From a virus (Duplodnaviria; Caudoviricetes), in the IMG/VR virus record IMGVR_UViG_3300032243_000101, positions 1 to 31,633 of that record: a stretch of 31,633 nucleotides of DNA. One strand, given 5' to 3'. The translations under genes were made by a program, and so were the position numbers. Shown one piece after another: positions 1-6,615 of the stretch. How positions within the stretch are numbered: the stretch's first letter is position 1; each line of letters begins with the position of its first letter. The notes below the pieces were generated by a model, which saw nothing but the letters and a program-made list of their open reading frames with translations, searched no databases and was not told the origin of the DNA.

Positions 1-585
1 ACGACTAAGCAAAAGTTGTTCTCTCAATATTGGCCCGCAAGCACCGCTGCCGGTGACTGCCAAGCTTATGTTTATGATGACCCCGATGCTGTGTTTAAAG
101 CGGTTGTTTGCAGTTCCGGCACTACTGTTTCTTCTGGCGCTATGGCGATGATTGGCACTAACTTGTCAGCCATCAACAACACCGGCAGCACCAACACCGG
201 CAATTCTGCTAATGCTGTTCTGGCTCCTTCGGCTACTCCTGTCACTACCACCCTGCCTCTGCGTATGGTTGGTCTGGTTATGGAAACCGCAGTCTCGCTG
301 GGTACTGCAACTTATAGCAGCATTTCTACTGCTACTGTGACTTGTTCGGCTCTGCCGTTCGCGTTGCCAGTTGGTACTGATGTTGGTTCGATTGCTGCAA
401 ATGGTCAATTTGTTGCCAGTAATTCTTTTGTAGCTACTGCCGCTTCTGCTGGTGCAACATCGTTTGTACTAGACCAAGCTCCTGTTGCTACATTGAACTC
501 GACCATTGTGTTCACCCAGTATCCCGAAATCTTGGTTAAGTTGAACCAAGGTCTGCACGGTTACTACTCTGCCACTGGCGCATAA
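1..585 (+). CDS. Putative head structural protein (capsid cement/decoration-like), 5'-truncated
   Basis: Frame 1 is open from base 1 (TTKQKLFSQYWP...), so the true start lies upstream of the window; stop TAA at 583-585. Ala/Thr/Ser-rich, beta-like composition, with a 'YVYDDPDAVF' motif, directly upstream of the major capsid gene. Function is inferred from position. Confidence 0.6.
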   Translation, partial: TTKQKLFSQYWPASTAAGDCQAYVYDDPDAVFKAVVCSSGTTVSSGAMAMIGTNLSAINNTGSTNTGNSANAVLAPSATPVTTTLPLRMVGLVMETAVSLGTATYSSISTATVTCSALPFALPVGTDVGSIAANGQFVASNSFVATAASAGATSFVLDQAPVATLNSTIVFTQYPEILVKLNQGLHGYYSATGA

Positions 586-596
586 GGAGCTAAATC

Positions 597-1508
597 ATGG
601 CTATTTCACGCGCACAACTACTTAAAGAACTGCTTCCCGGTTTGAACGCTTTGTTCGGTTTGGAGTATTCTCGTTACGGCGAAGAGCACAAAGAACTGTA
701 CGAAACCGAGCAATCGGAGCGTAGCTTTGAAGAAGAAACCAAGCTGTCCGGCTTTAGTGCTGCACCAGTGAAGAACGAGGGCTCTGCCATTGCTTATGAC
801 AATGCGCAGGAAGCGTTCACCGCTCGGTACAACCACGAAACCATTGCACTTGGCTTCTCCATCACGGAAGAGGCTGTGGAAGATAACTTGTACGACTCCC
901 TGTCGGCTCGTTATACCAAGGCTTTGGCCCGCGCTATGGCGTATACCAAGCAAGTTAAGGCTGCATCGGTTATCAACAACGGTTTCTCCTCGGCTTATGT
1001 CGGTGGCGATGGCGTTGCTCTGTTTAGCACGGCGCACCCGCTTGTTAACGGTGGAACCAACAGCAACCGCCCATCTACCAATGCTGACCTGAATGAGACT
1101 TCGTTGGAAAACGCAGTTATCCAGATCGCAGCTTGGACAGACGAGCGCGGCCTGTTGATTGCTGCTAAGCCCAAGAAGTTGATTATTCCGCCTGCTCTGA
1201 TGTTCGTTGCTACCCGTCTGTTGGAAACCAGCCTGCGTGTTGGCACTACCGACAACGATATCAACGCACTGAAGAACAACGGTTCGATCCCTGAAGGTTA
1301 CACCGTTAATCACTTCTTGACCGACACGAACGGCTGGTATTTGACCACCGACGTTCCTAACGGTTTGAAGCACTTCGAGCGTACTGCGCTGACTAACAGC
1401 ATGGACGGTGACTTTGACACCGGAAATGTCCGTTACAAGGCTCGTGAGCGTTACAGCTTCGGCTGGTCTGTCCCACTAGGCATATTCGGATCGCCCGGTT
1501 CGTCCTGA
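597..1508 (+). CDS. Major capsid protein (Mu gpT-like, HK97 fold)
   Basis: 303 aa; RBS AAGGAG at 584-589; N-terminus MAISRAQLLKELLPGLNALFG and C-terminus YKARERYSFGWS.PLGIFGSPG are recognisable as a widespread aquatic-phage capsid family; codon usage looks highly expressed; followed by a strong terminator. Confidence 0.9.
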   Translation: MAISRAQLLKELLPGLNALFGLEYSRYGEEHKELYETEQSERSFEEETKLSGFSAAPVKNEGSAIAYDNAQEAFTARYNHETIALGFSITEEAVEDNLYDSLSARYTKALARAMAYTKQVKAASVINNGFSSAYVGGDGVALFSTAHPLVNGGTNSNRPSTNADLNETSLENAVIQIAAWTDERGLLIAAKPKKLIIPPALMFVATRLLETSLRVGTTDNDINALKNNGSIPEGYTVNHFLTDTNGWYLTTDVPNGLKHFERTALTNSMDGDFDTGNVRYKARERYSFGWSVPLGIFGSPGSS

Positions 1509-1545
1509 TAAATCCCAGTACGGTAGAGGTGACTGGCCTGCCACT

Positions 1546-1569
1546 AAGGCCCCTTCGGGGGCCTTTTTT
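1546..1569 (+). terminator. Rho-independent terminator after the capsid gene
   Basis: AAGGCCCC-TTCG-GGGGCCTT is a perfect 8-bp stem with a cUUCGg tetraloop, running into a T-tract (1564-1569). Confidence 0.92.
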
Positions 1570-1571
1570 AT

Positions 1572-1601
1572 TTGCACAACAGTTTAAAACTGTGATATAT
1601 T
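1572..1601 (+). promoter_or_regulatory. Sigma70-like promoter with extended -10 and an internal palindrome
   Basis: TTGCAC (1572-1577), 18-nt spacer, TG-A-TATATT (1593-1601); the spacer contains the inverted repeat ACAGTTT-A-AAACTGT (1579-1593). It lies immediately after the terminator. Confidence 0.55.
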
Positions 1602-1610
1602 GCAGCTATT

Positions 1611-1684
1611 CCGGGCTTTCCGGTGCATCAAACTGTCCCGGCAGACGTACATACCGATTGATGCGCCTAACTTGTATGTAAGGA
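1611..1684 (+). ncRNA. Structured cis-RNA (three interlocked helices), candidate Mu-gpT-DE-type motif
   Basis: CCGGG 1611-1615 pairs with CCCGG 1637-1641; GGTGCATCAA 1622-1631 pairs with TTGATGCGCC 1658-1667 (10 bp, one G-U); TACATAC 1648-1654 pairs with GTATGTA 1674-1680, abutting the SD TAAGGA (1679-1684). It lies downstream of a gpT-like capsid gene. The family assignment is from memory and is unverified. Confidence 0.65.
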
Positions 1685-1690
1685 ATTATC

Positions 1691-2182
1691 ATGGGATTCG
1701 CAACTCACCTTGGCCCTTGGCTACTCGGCACGGTTAAAAACACCACCGGTACTACCGCTGGAACCATCCAAAACACTGGTACTACTCAAGTCACCCAAAC
1801 GGGAGCGATGACGGTTAGCACCACGACTGCCACCACATTTGCAGTTATCCCCGCAGGCGCACAGATTACAAATATCTTCTGCGACATCACTACGGCATTT
1901 TCGGGGACTACCGGTAACACCATTACCATCCAAACTTCAGGCGGAACTACTTTGGCAACCGTTGGTGGTGCTACTACGACTCCTCTGGCTATTGGTCGTG
2001 CAACCACCACGCTGTCTGGTACAAACATGGCTACCATATTGAACGTGGGTACAACTGACCTGATTCTGCAAGTCATATACGCTTGCGCTGGTACAGCCAG
2101 CGGCGGCGCAGCACAGATTACTGTTCAGTATGCTGTCAAAGACTCCAGCGGAAATAGCTCACAACCCGCCGGTCAACAGTAA
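1691..2182 (+). CDS. Putative virion structural protein (capsid decoration-like)
   Basis: 163 aa, Thr/Gly/Ala-rich; 'IPAGAQITNIFCDITTAF' beta-sandwich-like segment; RBS AAGGA; first gene after the capsid. Confidence 0.6.
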   Translation: MGFATHLGPWLLGTVKNTTGTTAGTIQNTGTTQVTQTGAMTVSTTTATTFAVIPAGAQITNIFCDITTAFSGTTGNTITIQTSGGTTLATVGGATTTPLAIGRATTTLSGTNMATILNVGTTDLILQVIYACAGTASGGAAQITVQYAVKDSSGNSSQPAGQQ

Positions 2183-2189
2183 TTAATCT

Positions 2190-2213
2190 CAGGGGCTTTG
2201 GCCCCTGCTTTAT
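2190..2213 (+). terminator. Hairpin, weak intrinsic terminator or mRNA stabiliser
   Basis: CAGGGGC-TTTG-GCCCCTG 7-bp stem followed by a short CTTTAT tail, directly before the RBS AGGAG of the next gene. Confidence 0.55.
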
Positions 2214-2225
2214 AGGAGATTGATT

Positions 2226-2516
2226 ATGATGCAGACAGACGTTAAAAGCGCACATGCAAGTGCTGCTGGAACTTTGTTTAGTGGGCCAACACGCTTGAAG
2301 GGGTTGATTATTTGCCCAGCGGCAAGTACTGCGGCTACTGTACAGTTTAAAGATGGCGGGTCATCTGGTGCTATTTTGCTAGAAATTGACATTGCTAGTA
2401 ACTCAAACCCTAACACCTATACCTTTGATATTCCCGGTGAAGGTATTAGGTTTAGCAGTACGCTGTACCTAGCATTAAGCGCATCAGTCACAGGTGTTAC
2501 GGTGTTCTATGGCTAA
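2226..2516 (+). CDS. Small putative virion protein
   Basis: RBS AGGAG 2214-2218 favours ATG at 2226 (or 2229) over the TTG at 2220; about 96 aa, beta-rich, ending IPGEGIRF...VTVFYG. Confidence 0.7.
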   Translation: MMQTDVKSAHASAAGTLFSGPTRLKGLIICPAASTAATVQFKDGGSSGAILLEIDIASNSNPNTYTFDIPGEGIRFSSTLYLALSASVTGVTVFYG

Positions 2517-2766
2517 GAAGAAAGGCCCGGTTCTTTCTGTAGGCCGGGGCGAAAAGCTACCGATCTCCAAAGGTGCTGGGCTGACTGCTAAAGGCCGCGC
2601 TAAATACAACGCAGCAACAGGCAGTAACTTAAAAGCTCCCCAGCCTCAAGGCGGTAAGCGCAAGGACTCATTTTGTGCGCGGATGTCGGGTATGCCGGGG
2701 CCGATGAAAGACGAAAAGGGCAAGCCTACCCGCAAGGCGGCTGCTCTTGCTAGATGGAAGTGTTGA
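2509..2766 (+). CDS. Small basic phage protein (SFCARM-motif family)
   Basis: ATG 2509 overlaps the end of the upstream gene; 85 aa, Lys/Arg-rich, with motifs GLTAKGRAKYN, RKDSFCARM and ARWKC. Confidence 0.75.
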   Translation: MAKKKGPVLSVGRGEKLPISKGAGLTAKGRAKYNAATGSNLKAPQPQGGKRKDSFCARMSGMPGPMKDEKGKPTRKAAALARWKC

Positions 2767-2767
2767 T

Positions 2768-2962
2768 ATGACCGATACAAACGATGTGAAAACAATGACT
2801 GACGGCGCTGCCGTAGTAATGGGTCTTGGTGGTTTTTTAGGGTGGATGACTCCTATGGTAACGCTTATTGGCGGTGTCTTGACTATTGTTTGGTTGAGCA
2901 TTCGTATCTGGGAAACTGACACCGTACAGAAGCTGGTAAAAAAAGATGCCAAGCACGAGTAA
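2768..2962 (+). CDS. Small membrane protein (holin-like topology)
   Basis: ATG 2768 directly follows the upstream stop; hydrophobic stretch GAAVVMGLGGFLGWMTPMVTLIGGVLTIVWLSI, then a charged tail 'RIWETDTVQKL'. Confidence 0.65.
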   Translation: MTDTNDVKTMTDGAAVVMGLGGFLGWMTPMVTLIGGVLTIVWLSIRIWETDTVQKLVKKDAKHE

Positions 2963-3458
2963 AAAACAACATAATTTCATGGAAGCGATAGCGCACTCGC
3001 CATCGTTTGCCAAGAAGGTAGGGGTTCCACAGTCCGTGGGGCAAGATTTTTCAACTGCGGACAAGGGCCGCAAATTTTCACAAGGTGGTAATACTATGGC
3101 TACACAAATGGATCCCCGCATGGCTGCAATGATGATGGCTAAAAAACGTGCGGCTATGGGCGGAGCGCCAGCAATGGCCCCGCGCATGGCTCCGGGCATG
3201 GCTCCGGGCATGAAAAAAGGCGGAATGAGCATGGCTGCTTTTGAAAAGTCTGGCAAAGATGTTGAGAAAAAAGGCATGAAAGAGGGCTCTAAAGCTGACA
3301 TGGCAATGGACAAAAAGCAAATGATGGGTATGAAAAAAGGCGGCATGACAAAAATGTCATCTGGCGGTTCAGCCTCCTCACGCGCTGACGGTGTTGCTTC
3401 CAAAGGCAAGACCAAAGGTACGTTCGTCAAGATGAACAAGGGCGGCATGTCCTGCTAA
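2946..3458 (+). CDS. Basic Met/Lys/Gly-rich protein with repeated xxxGG motifs
   Basis: 170 aa; N-terminus MPSTSKKQHNFMEAIAH...VPQSVG; five GG motifs (FSQGG, MKKGG x2, MSSGG, MNKGG); tail SASSRADGVASKGKTKG. Confidence 0.8.
   Translation: MPSTSKKQHNFMEAIAHSPSFAKKVGVPQSVGQDFSTADKGRKFSQGGNTMATQMDPRMAAMMMAKKRAAMGGAPAMAPRMAPGMAPGMKKGGMSMAAFEKSGKDVEKKGMKEGSKADMAMDKKQMMGMKKGGMTKMSSGGSASSRADGVASKGKTKGTFVKMNKGGMSC
3184..3212 (+). repeat. In-frame 12-bp tandem repeat (MAPG)
   Basis: GCATGGCTCCGG x2 plus GCATG, encoding MAPGMAPGM, preceded by degenerate MAPR. Confidence 0.8.
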
Positions 3459-3467
3459 GGAGTTTTT

Positions 3468-4139
3468 ATGAACGCAAAAGACCTAGCCGCACTAGCGGCC
3501 TTGGGCATGGGCGGTGCTTATTTGTACAACCGCAACAAAAAGTCTGATGATGAGACTCCTGCTGCAAGCCCAAAGTCCCGGGATTTTGACGCGGTTGCGC
3601 CTGAAGATCAAATGCCTGCGTACCAAGGACGCACAGCGGACAGACTTGCGGACATACAAAACGAATACGGCAATGCCCCAGCAGCCCCAGCACAAGACCT
3701 TGGCAATGAGGGTAGACGCACTAGCATGGCAATTGCCCCCGCAGCCAAGAAACCCACACCCAAACCCACAACCCAAGTTGCAATCCCTGAAGCCCCAGCC
3801 GGTAACCCTAAGTTAAATTCTTTGCGGGAAACCAAACCCCGAAATTTTGACCCCGCGGGGTATTCTAGTCAAATTATGGCCCAAACGGGGCAGAAATCAT
3901 TAAACAACCAACTTAATAGTTATAAAGCAGAAAAAAAAGCTGCCGATACGGCTGCGAGTCAAGCAATCATTGACCGCATGGCAAACCGCACAAGGCCATA
4001 TATGACAGATGAGGCGGGTAATAACATGAAGCGCGGCGGAGCAGTCAAGAAAATGGCTTCCGGCGGTAAGGTGTCCAGTGCTTCTAGCCGTGGCGACGGT
4101 ATCGCCCAGCGGGGTAAGACCCGTGGAAAGTTGTGTTAA
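3468..4139 (+). CDS. Low-complexity protein with hydrophobic N-terminus and conserved basic GG tail
   Basis: 223 aa; RBS AAGGAG; N-terminal LAALAALGMGGAYLY; Pro/Ala-rich middle; tail MKRGGAVKKMASGGKVSSASSRGDGIAQRGKTRG is paralogous to that of 2946..3458. Confidence 0.8.
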   Translation: MNAKDLAALAALGMGGAYLYNRNKKSDDETPAASPKSRDFDAVAPEDQMPAYQGRTADRLADIQNEYGNAPAAPAQDLGNEGRRTSMAIAPAAKKPTPKPTTQVAIPEAPAGNPKLNSLRETKPRNFDPAGYSSQIMAQTGQKSLNNQLNSYKAEKKAADTAASQAIIDRMANRTRPYMTDEAGNNMKRGGAVKKMASGGKVSSASSRGDGIAQRGKTRGKLC

Positions 4140-4142
4140 ATC

Positions 4143-4418
4143 ATGATGGCTTCACGCGGTATGGGTGACATCTCCCCCTCCAAGATGCCAAAGGGCAAGA
4201 AATTGCCCCGCCGTGATAACACTGACTTCACGCAATACGCTGAAGGCGGTAAGGTAAATGCTGCGGGTAATTACACCAAGCCTAGTCTTCGCAAGAAGAT
4301 TGTGGCCCAAGTAAAAGCAGCGGCTACCCAAGGCACTGGGGCAGGGCAATGGTCAGCACGCAAAGCGCAGCTTGTAGCTAAGAAGTACAAGGCTGCTGGT
4401 GGGGGATACAGAGATTGA
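4143..4418 (+). CDS. Small basic phage protein (N-terminal half of a DUF5872-like pair)
   Basis: 91 aa; contains YAEGG, then NYTKPSLRKKI...GQWSARKAQL..KKYKAAGGGY. The family name is recalled, not searched. Confidence 0.7.
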   Translation: MMASRGMGDISPSKMPKGKKLPRRDNTDFTQYAEGGKVNAAGNYTKPSLRKKIVAQVKAAATQGTGAGQWSARKAQLVAKKYKAAGGGYRD

Positions 4419-4648
4419 AAGCGCCGCAGCAATCCCTTAAAAACTGGGGTGACCAGAAATGGCGCACTAAGTCGGGAAAGCCATCGTCAAAAACAGGTGA
4501 GCGTTACCTCCCTGAAGCTGCTATAAAATCTTTGTCACCGGCTGAGTACGCAGCCACCACTAGGGCAAAGCGTGCGGGTAAGGCAGCAGGCAAACAGTTT
4601 GTAAAGCAGCCGCCAAAAGTGGCAGCAAAAACAGCGGGGTTCAGATAA
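4415..4648 (+). CDS. Small basic phage protein (C-terminal half of a DUF5872-like pair)
   Basis: TTG start overlaps the upstream TGA; GGGGGA SD at 4401-4406; QQSLKNWGDQKWRTKSGK..TGERYLPEAAIKSLS..EYAATTRAKR. Confidence 0.7.
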   Translation: MKAPQQSLKNWGDQKWRTKSGKPSSKTGERYLPEAAIKSLSPAEYAATTRAKRAGKAAGKQFVKQPPKVAAKTAGFR

Positions 4649-4821
4649 TGGCTGAAAAATGGATTCAAAAAGCAATCAAGAAACCCGGCGCATTACGCGC
4701 ATCTCTTGGTGTCAAAGGCGATAAGCCGATACCTGCGGGCAAATTAGCAAAAGCCGCTAAAGCACCGGGTAAGATGGGCCAACGCGCCCGCTTAGCACAG
4801 ACACTTAAAGGAATGAAGTGA
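4648..4821 (+). CDS. Small basic phage protein, 57 aa (absent from the ORF track)
   Basis: Hand translation: MAEKWIQKAIKKPGALRASLGVKGDKPIPAGKLAKAAKAPGKMGQRARLAQTLKGMK*. It has a TAATG overlap upstream and a GTGA overlap downstream, and exactly fills the gap. Confidence 0.85.
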   Translation: MAEKWIQKAIKKPGALRASLGVKGDKPIPAGKLAKAAKAPGKMGQRARLAQTLKGMK

Positions 4822-5747
4822 GCACTTCTGGCGTAGCTACTTTCAACCTTGACCTCACGGAAATCGTGGAGGAAGCGTTTGAACGTGCGGGCTCCGAACT
4901 TCGTACCGGCTATGACTTACGTACGGCCCGCCGGTCACTCAACTTGCTGTTTGCGGACTGGGCTAACCGTGGCGTCAACATGTGGACGTTTGACCAAGGG
5001 ACTATTAACTTGGTTCCGGGGCAGAACACCTACCCACTGCCAACCGACACGGTGGACTTGCTTGAACACGTAATACGCACAGGCGCAGGTAACGCGTCCA
5101 CCCAAGCCGACCTAACCATTACGCGCATAAGCGTGTCTACCTACGCCACCATCCCCAACAAGCTGCAACAAGCCCGACCTATTCAGGTTTGGATTCAACG
5201 TTTGGACGGACAGACATCATCGGTAGGCACAACGCTTAGTGCGACCATCACTTCAACCGACACCACAATTGCAGTAACTTCTGCTGCAAGCCTACCCTCT
5301 ACCGGCTTTATTTTGGTGGGCGCAGAAACAATCGGGTACGGTTACATATCAGGGAATACCCTATACAACTGCGTCCGAGGCCAGAACAACACGACTGCTG
5401 CGGCCCACACTGCGGGAAATGGGGTGTACGTACAAAACCTCCCCGCTATCACTGTTTGGCCCACTCCTGATAACTCTCAGACGTACCAGTTTGTTTACTG
5501 GCGTTTGCGCCGGGTTAATGACGCGAGTGGTGGCGTGAATACTATGGATGTGCCGTTTCGGTTTTTGCCGTGCATGGTGGCGGGGTTGGCCTACTACTTG
5601 GCGCTCAAAGTCCCCAACGGTTCTCAGCGGCTGGACGTACTTAAAGCCCAGTATGACGAGGCTTGGCAGTTAGCATCAGACGAAGACCGCGAAAAGGCGT
5701 CCGTGCGGTTTGTGCCGCGTCAAGCTTATATCGGAAGCGGGACGTGA
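4818..5747 (+). CDS. Putative head-tail connector/adaptor protein with an inserted beta domain
   Basis: 309 aa, GTG start; helical N-terminus (EIVEEAFER...ARRSLNLLFADWANRG) and C-terminus (PFRFLPCMVAGLAYYLA..LKAQYDEAW) as in podovirus adaptor/gatekeeper proteins; Thr-rich insert at about 5211-5426. Confidence 0.65.
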   Translation: MSTSGVATFNLDLTEIVEEAFERAGSELRTGYDLRTARRSLNLLFADWANRGVNMWTFDQGTINLVPGQNTYPLPTDTVDLLEHVIRTGAGNASTQADLTITRISVSTYATIPNKLQQARPIQVWIQRLDGQTSSVGTTLSATITSTDTTIAVTSAASLPSTGFILVGAETIGYGYISGNTLYNCVRGQNNTTAAAHTAGNGVYVQNLPAITVWPTPDNSQTYQFVYWRLRRVNDASGGVNTMDVPFRFLPCMVAGLAYYLALKVPNGSQRLDVLKAQYDEAWQLASDEDREKASVRFVPRQAYIGSGT

Positions 5748-5748
5748 A

Positions 5749-6132
5749 ATGGGTAATAGGTTTGCATCAGGCAAGAACAGTATTGCCATGTGCGATAGGT
5801 GTGGTGCGCAGTTCAAATTAACTGAATTACGCAAGGAAATTATTAAGACAAAGACGTACAATTTGCTTGTATGTAGTTCTTGCTGGGATCCTGACCAGCC
5901 TCAGTTACAACTGGGTATGTATCCGGTAGATGACCCACAGGCTGTGCGTAATCCCCGCCATGACAGCACATATGTAACGGCTGGGGTTAACAGTACAGGC
6001 AACCTAACTGGAGGCTCAAGGGATATACAGTGGGGCTGGTATCCAGTAGGTGGATCTAGTTTTTTTGATGCAGCTTTAACGCCCAATTACTTGGTTGGAA
6101 CCACAAGTGTTGGCACAGTAACGGTTTCATAG
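5749..6132 (+). CDS. Zinc-ribbon-containing phage protein
   Basis: ATG 5749 lies 1 nt after the upstream stop; CDRC and CSSC pairs; DPDQPQL and DPQAVRNPR motifs. Confidence 0.75.
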   Translation: MGNRFASGKNSIAMCDRCGAQFKLTELRKEIIKTKTYNLLVCSSCWDPDQPQLQLGMYPVDDPQAVRNPRHDSTYVTAGVNSTGNLTGGSRDIQWGWYPVGGSSFFDAALTPNYLVGTTSVGTVTVS

Positions 6133-6138
6133 GAGTAA

Positions 6139-6333
6139 ATGATGGCTAAAGACAAAATGGATATGGCGCAAGATAAGGCCATGATCAAGAAGGCGTTTAA
6201 ACAACATGACGCTCAAGAACATAAAGGCGGCAAGGGTACAACCTTGAAGCTTAAAAAAGGTGGCCCTACCGGTGAAGACCGTATGAATATGGGTCGCAAT
6301 ATGTCTCGTGCAGCTAACCAAAAAACGGGGTAA
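6139..6333 (+). CDS. Small basic protein with LKKGG motif
   Basis: 64 aa; RBS AGGAG; DMAQDKAMIKKAFKQHD..EHKGGKGTTLKLKKGG. Confidence 0.75.
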   Translation: MMAKDKMDMAQDKAMIKKAFKQHDAQEHKGGKGTTLKLKKGGPTGEDRMNMGRNMSRAANQKTG

Positions 6334-6336
6334 ATC

Positions 6337-6615
6337 ATGGCATACAGTATGAAAAAAGGCGGCAAAGAAATTGGTTCTGCTGCTGTCTATGCGCAACCAC
6401 ACACAATGGATGGCAAGAAAATGACCAAGGCCCCGCAAGAATTTGGTACAAACCCCGGCTTTCCTCCTAACCGCAGCAAAGCAGATACCTATGACGTAAG
6501 CATAGGAAATATTAGCAAGTCCGCAGGCAATGAGCCTACCAAAACAGACGGCATAAAAATCCGTGGTACTGGCTGTGCTACTAAAGGCGTGATGGCAAGA
6601 GGCCCGATGGCATGA
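6337..6615 (+). CDS. Small basic protein with MKKGG and RGTGxATKG motifs
   Basis: 92 aa; ends GIKIRGTGCATKGVMARGPMA; ATGA overlap with the next gene. Confidence 0.75.
   Translation: MAYSMKKGGKEIGSAAVYAQPHTMDGKKMTKAPQEFGTNPGFPPNRSKADTYDVSIGNISKSAGNEPTKTDGIKIRGTGCATKGVMARGPMA

Noticed and set aside
3210-6362. Identical 14-mer ATGAAAAAAGGCGG at 3210, 3330 and 6349 as a DNA site or slippery sequence
   Set aside because: It is explained by encoding MKKGG; the A-run is read AAA AAA G, not in the A AAA AAG frameshift phase, and other GG motifs use different codons.
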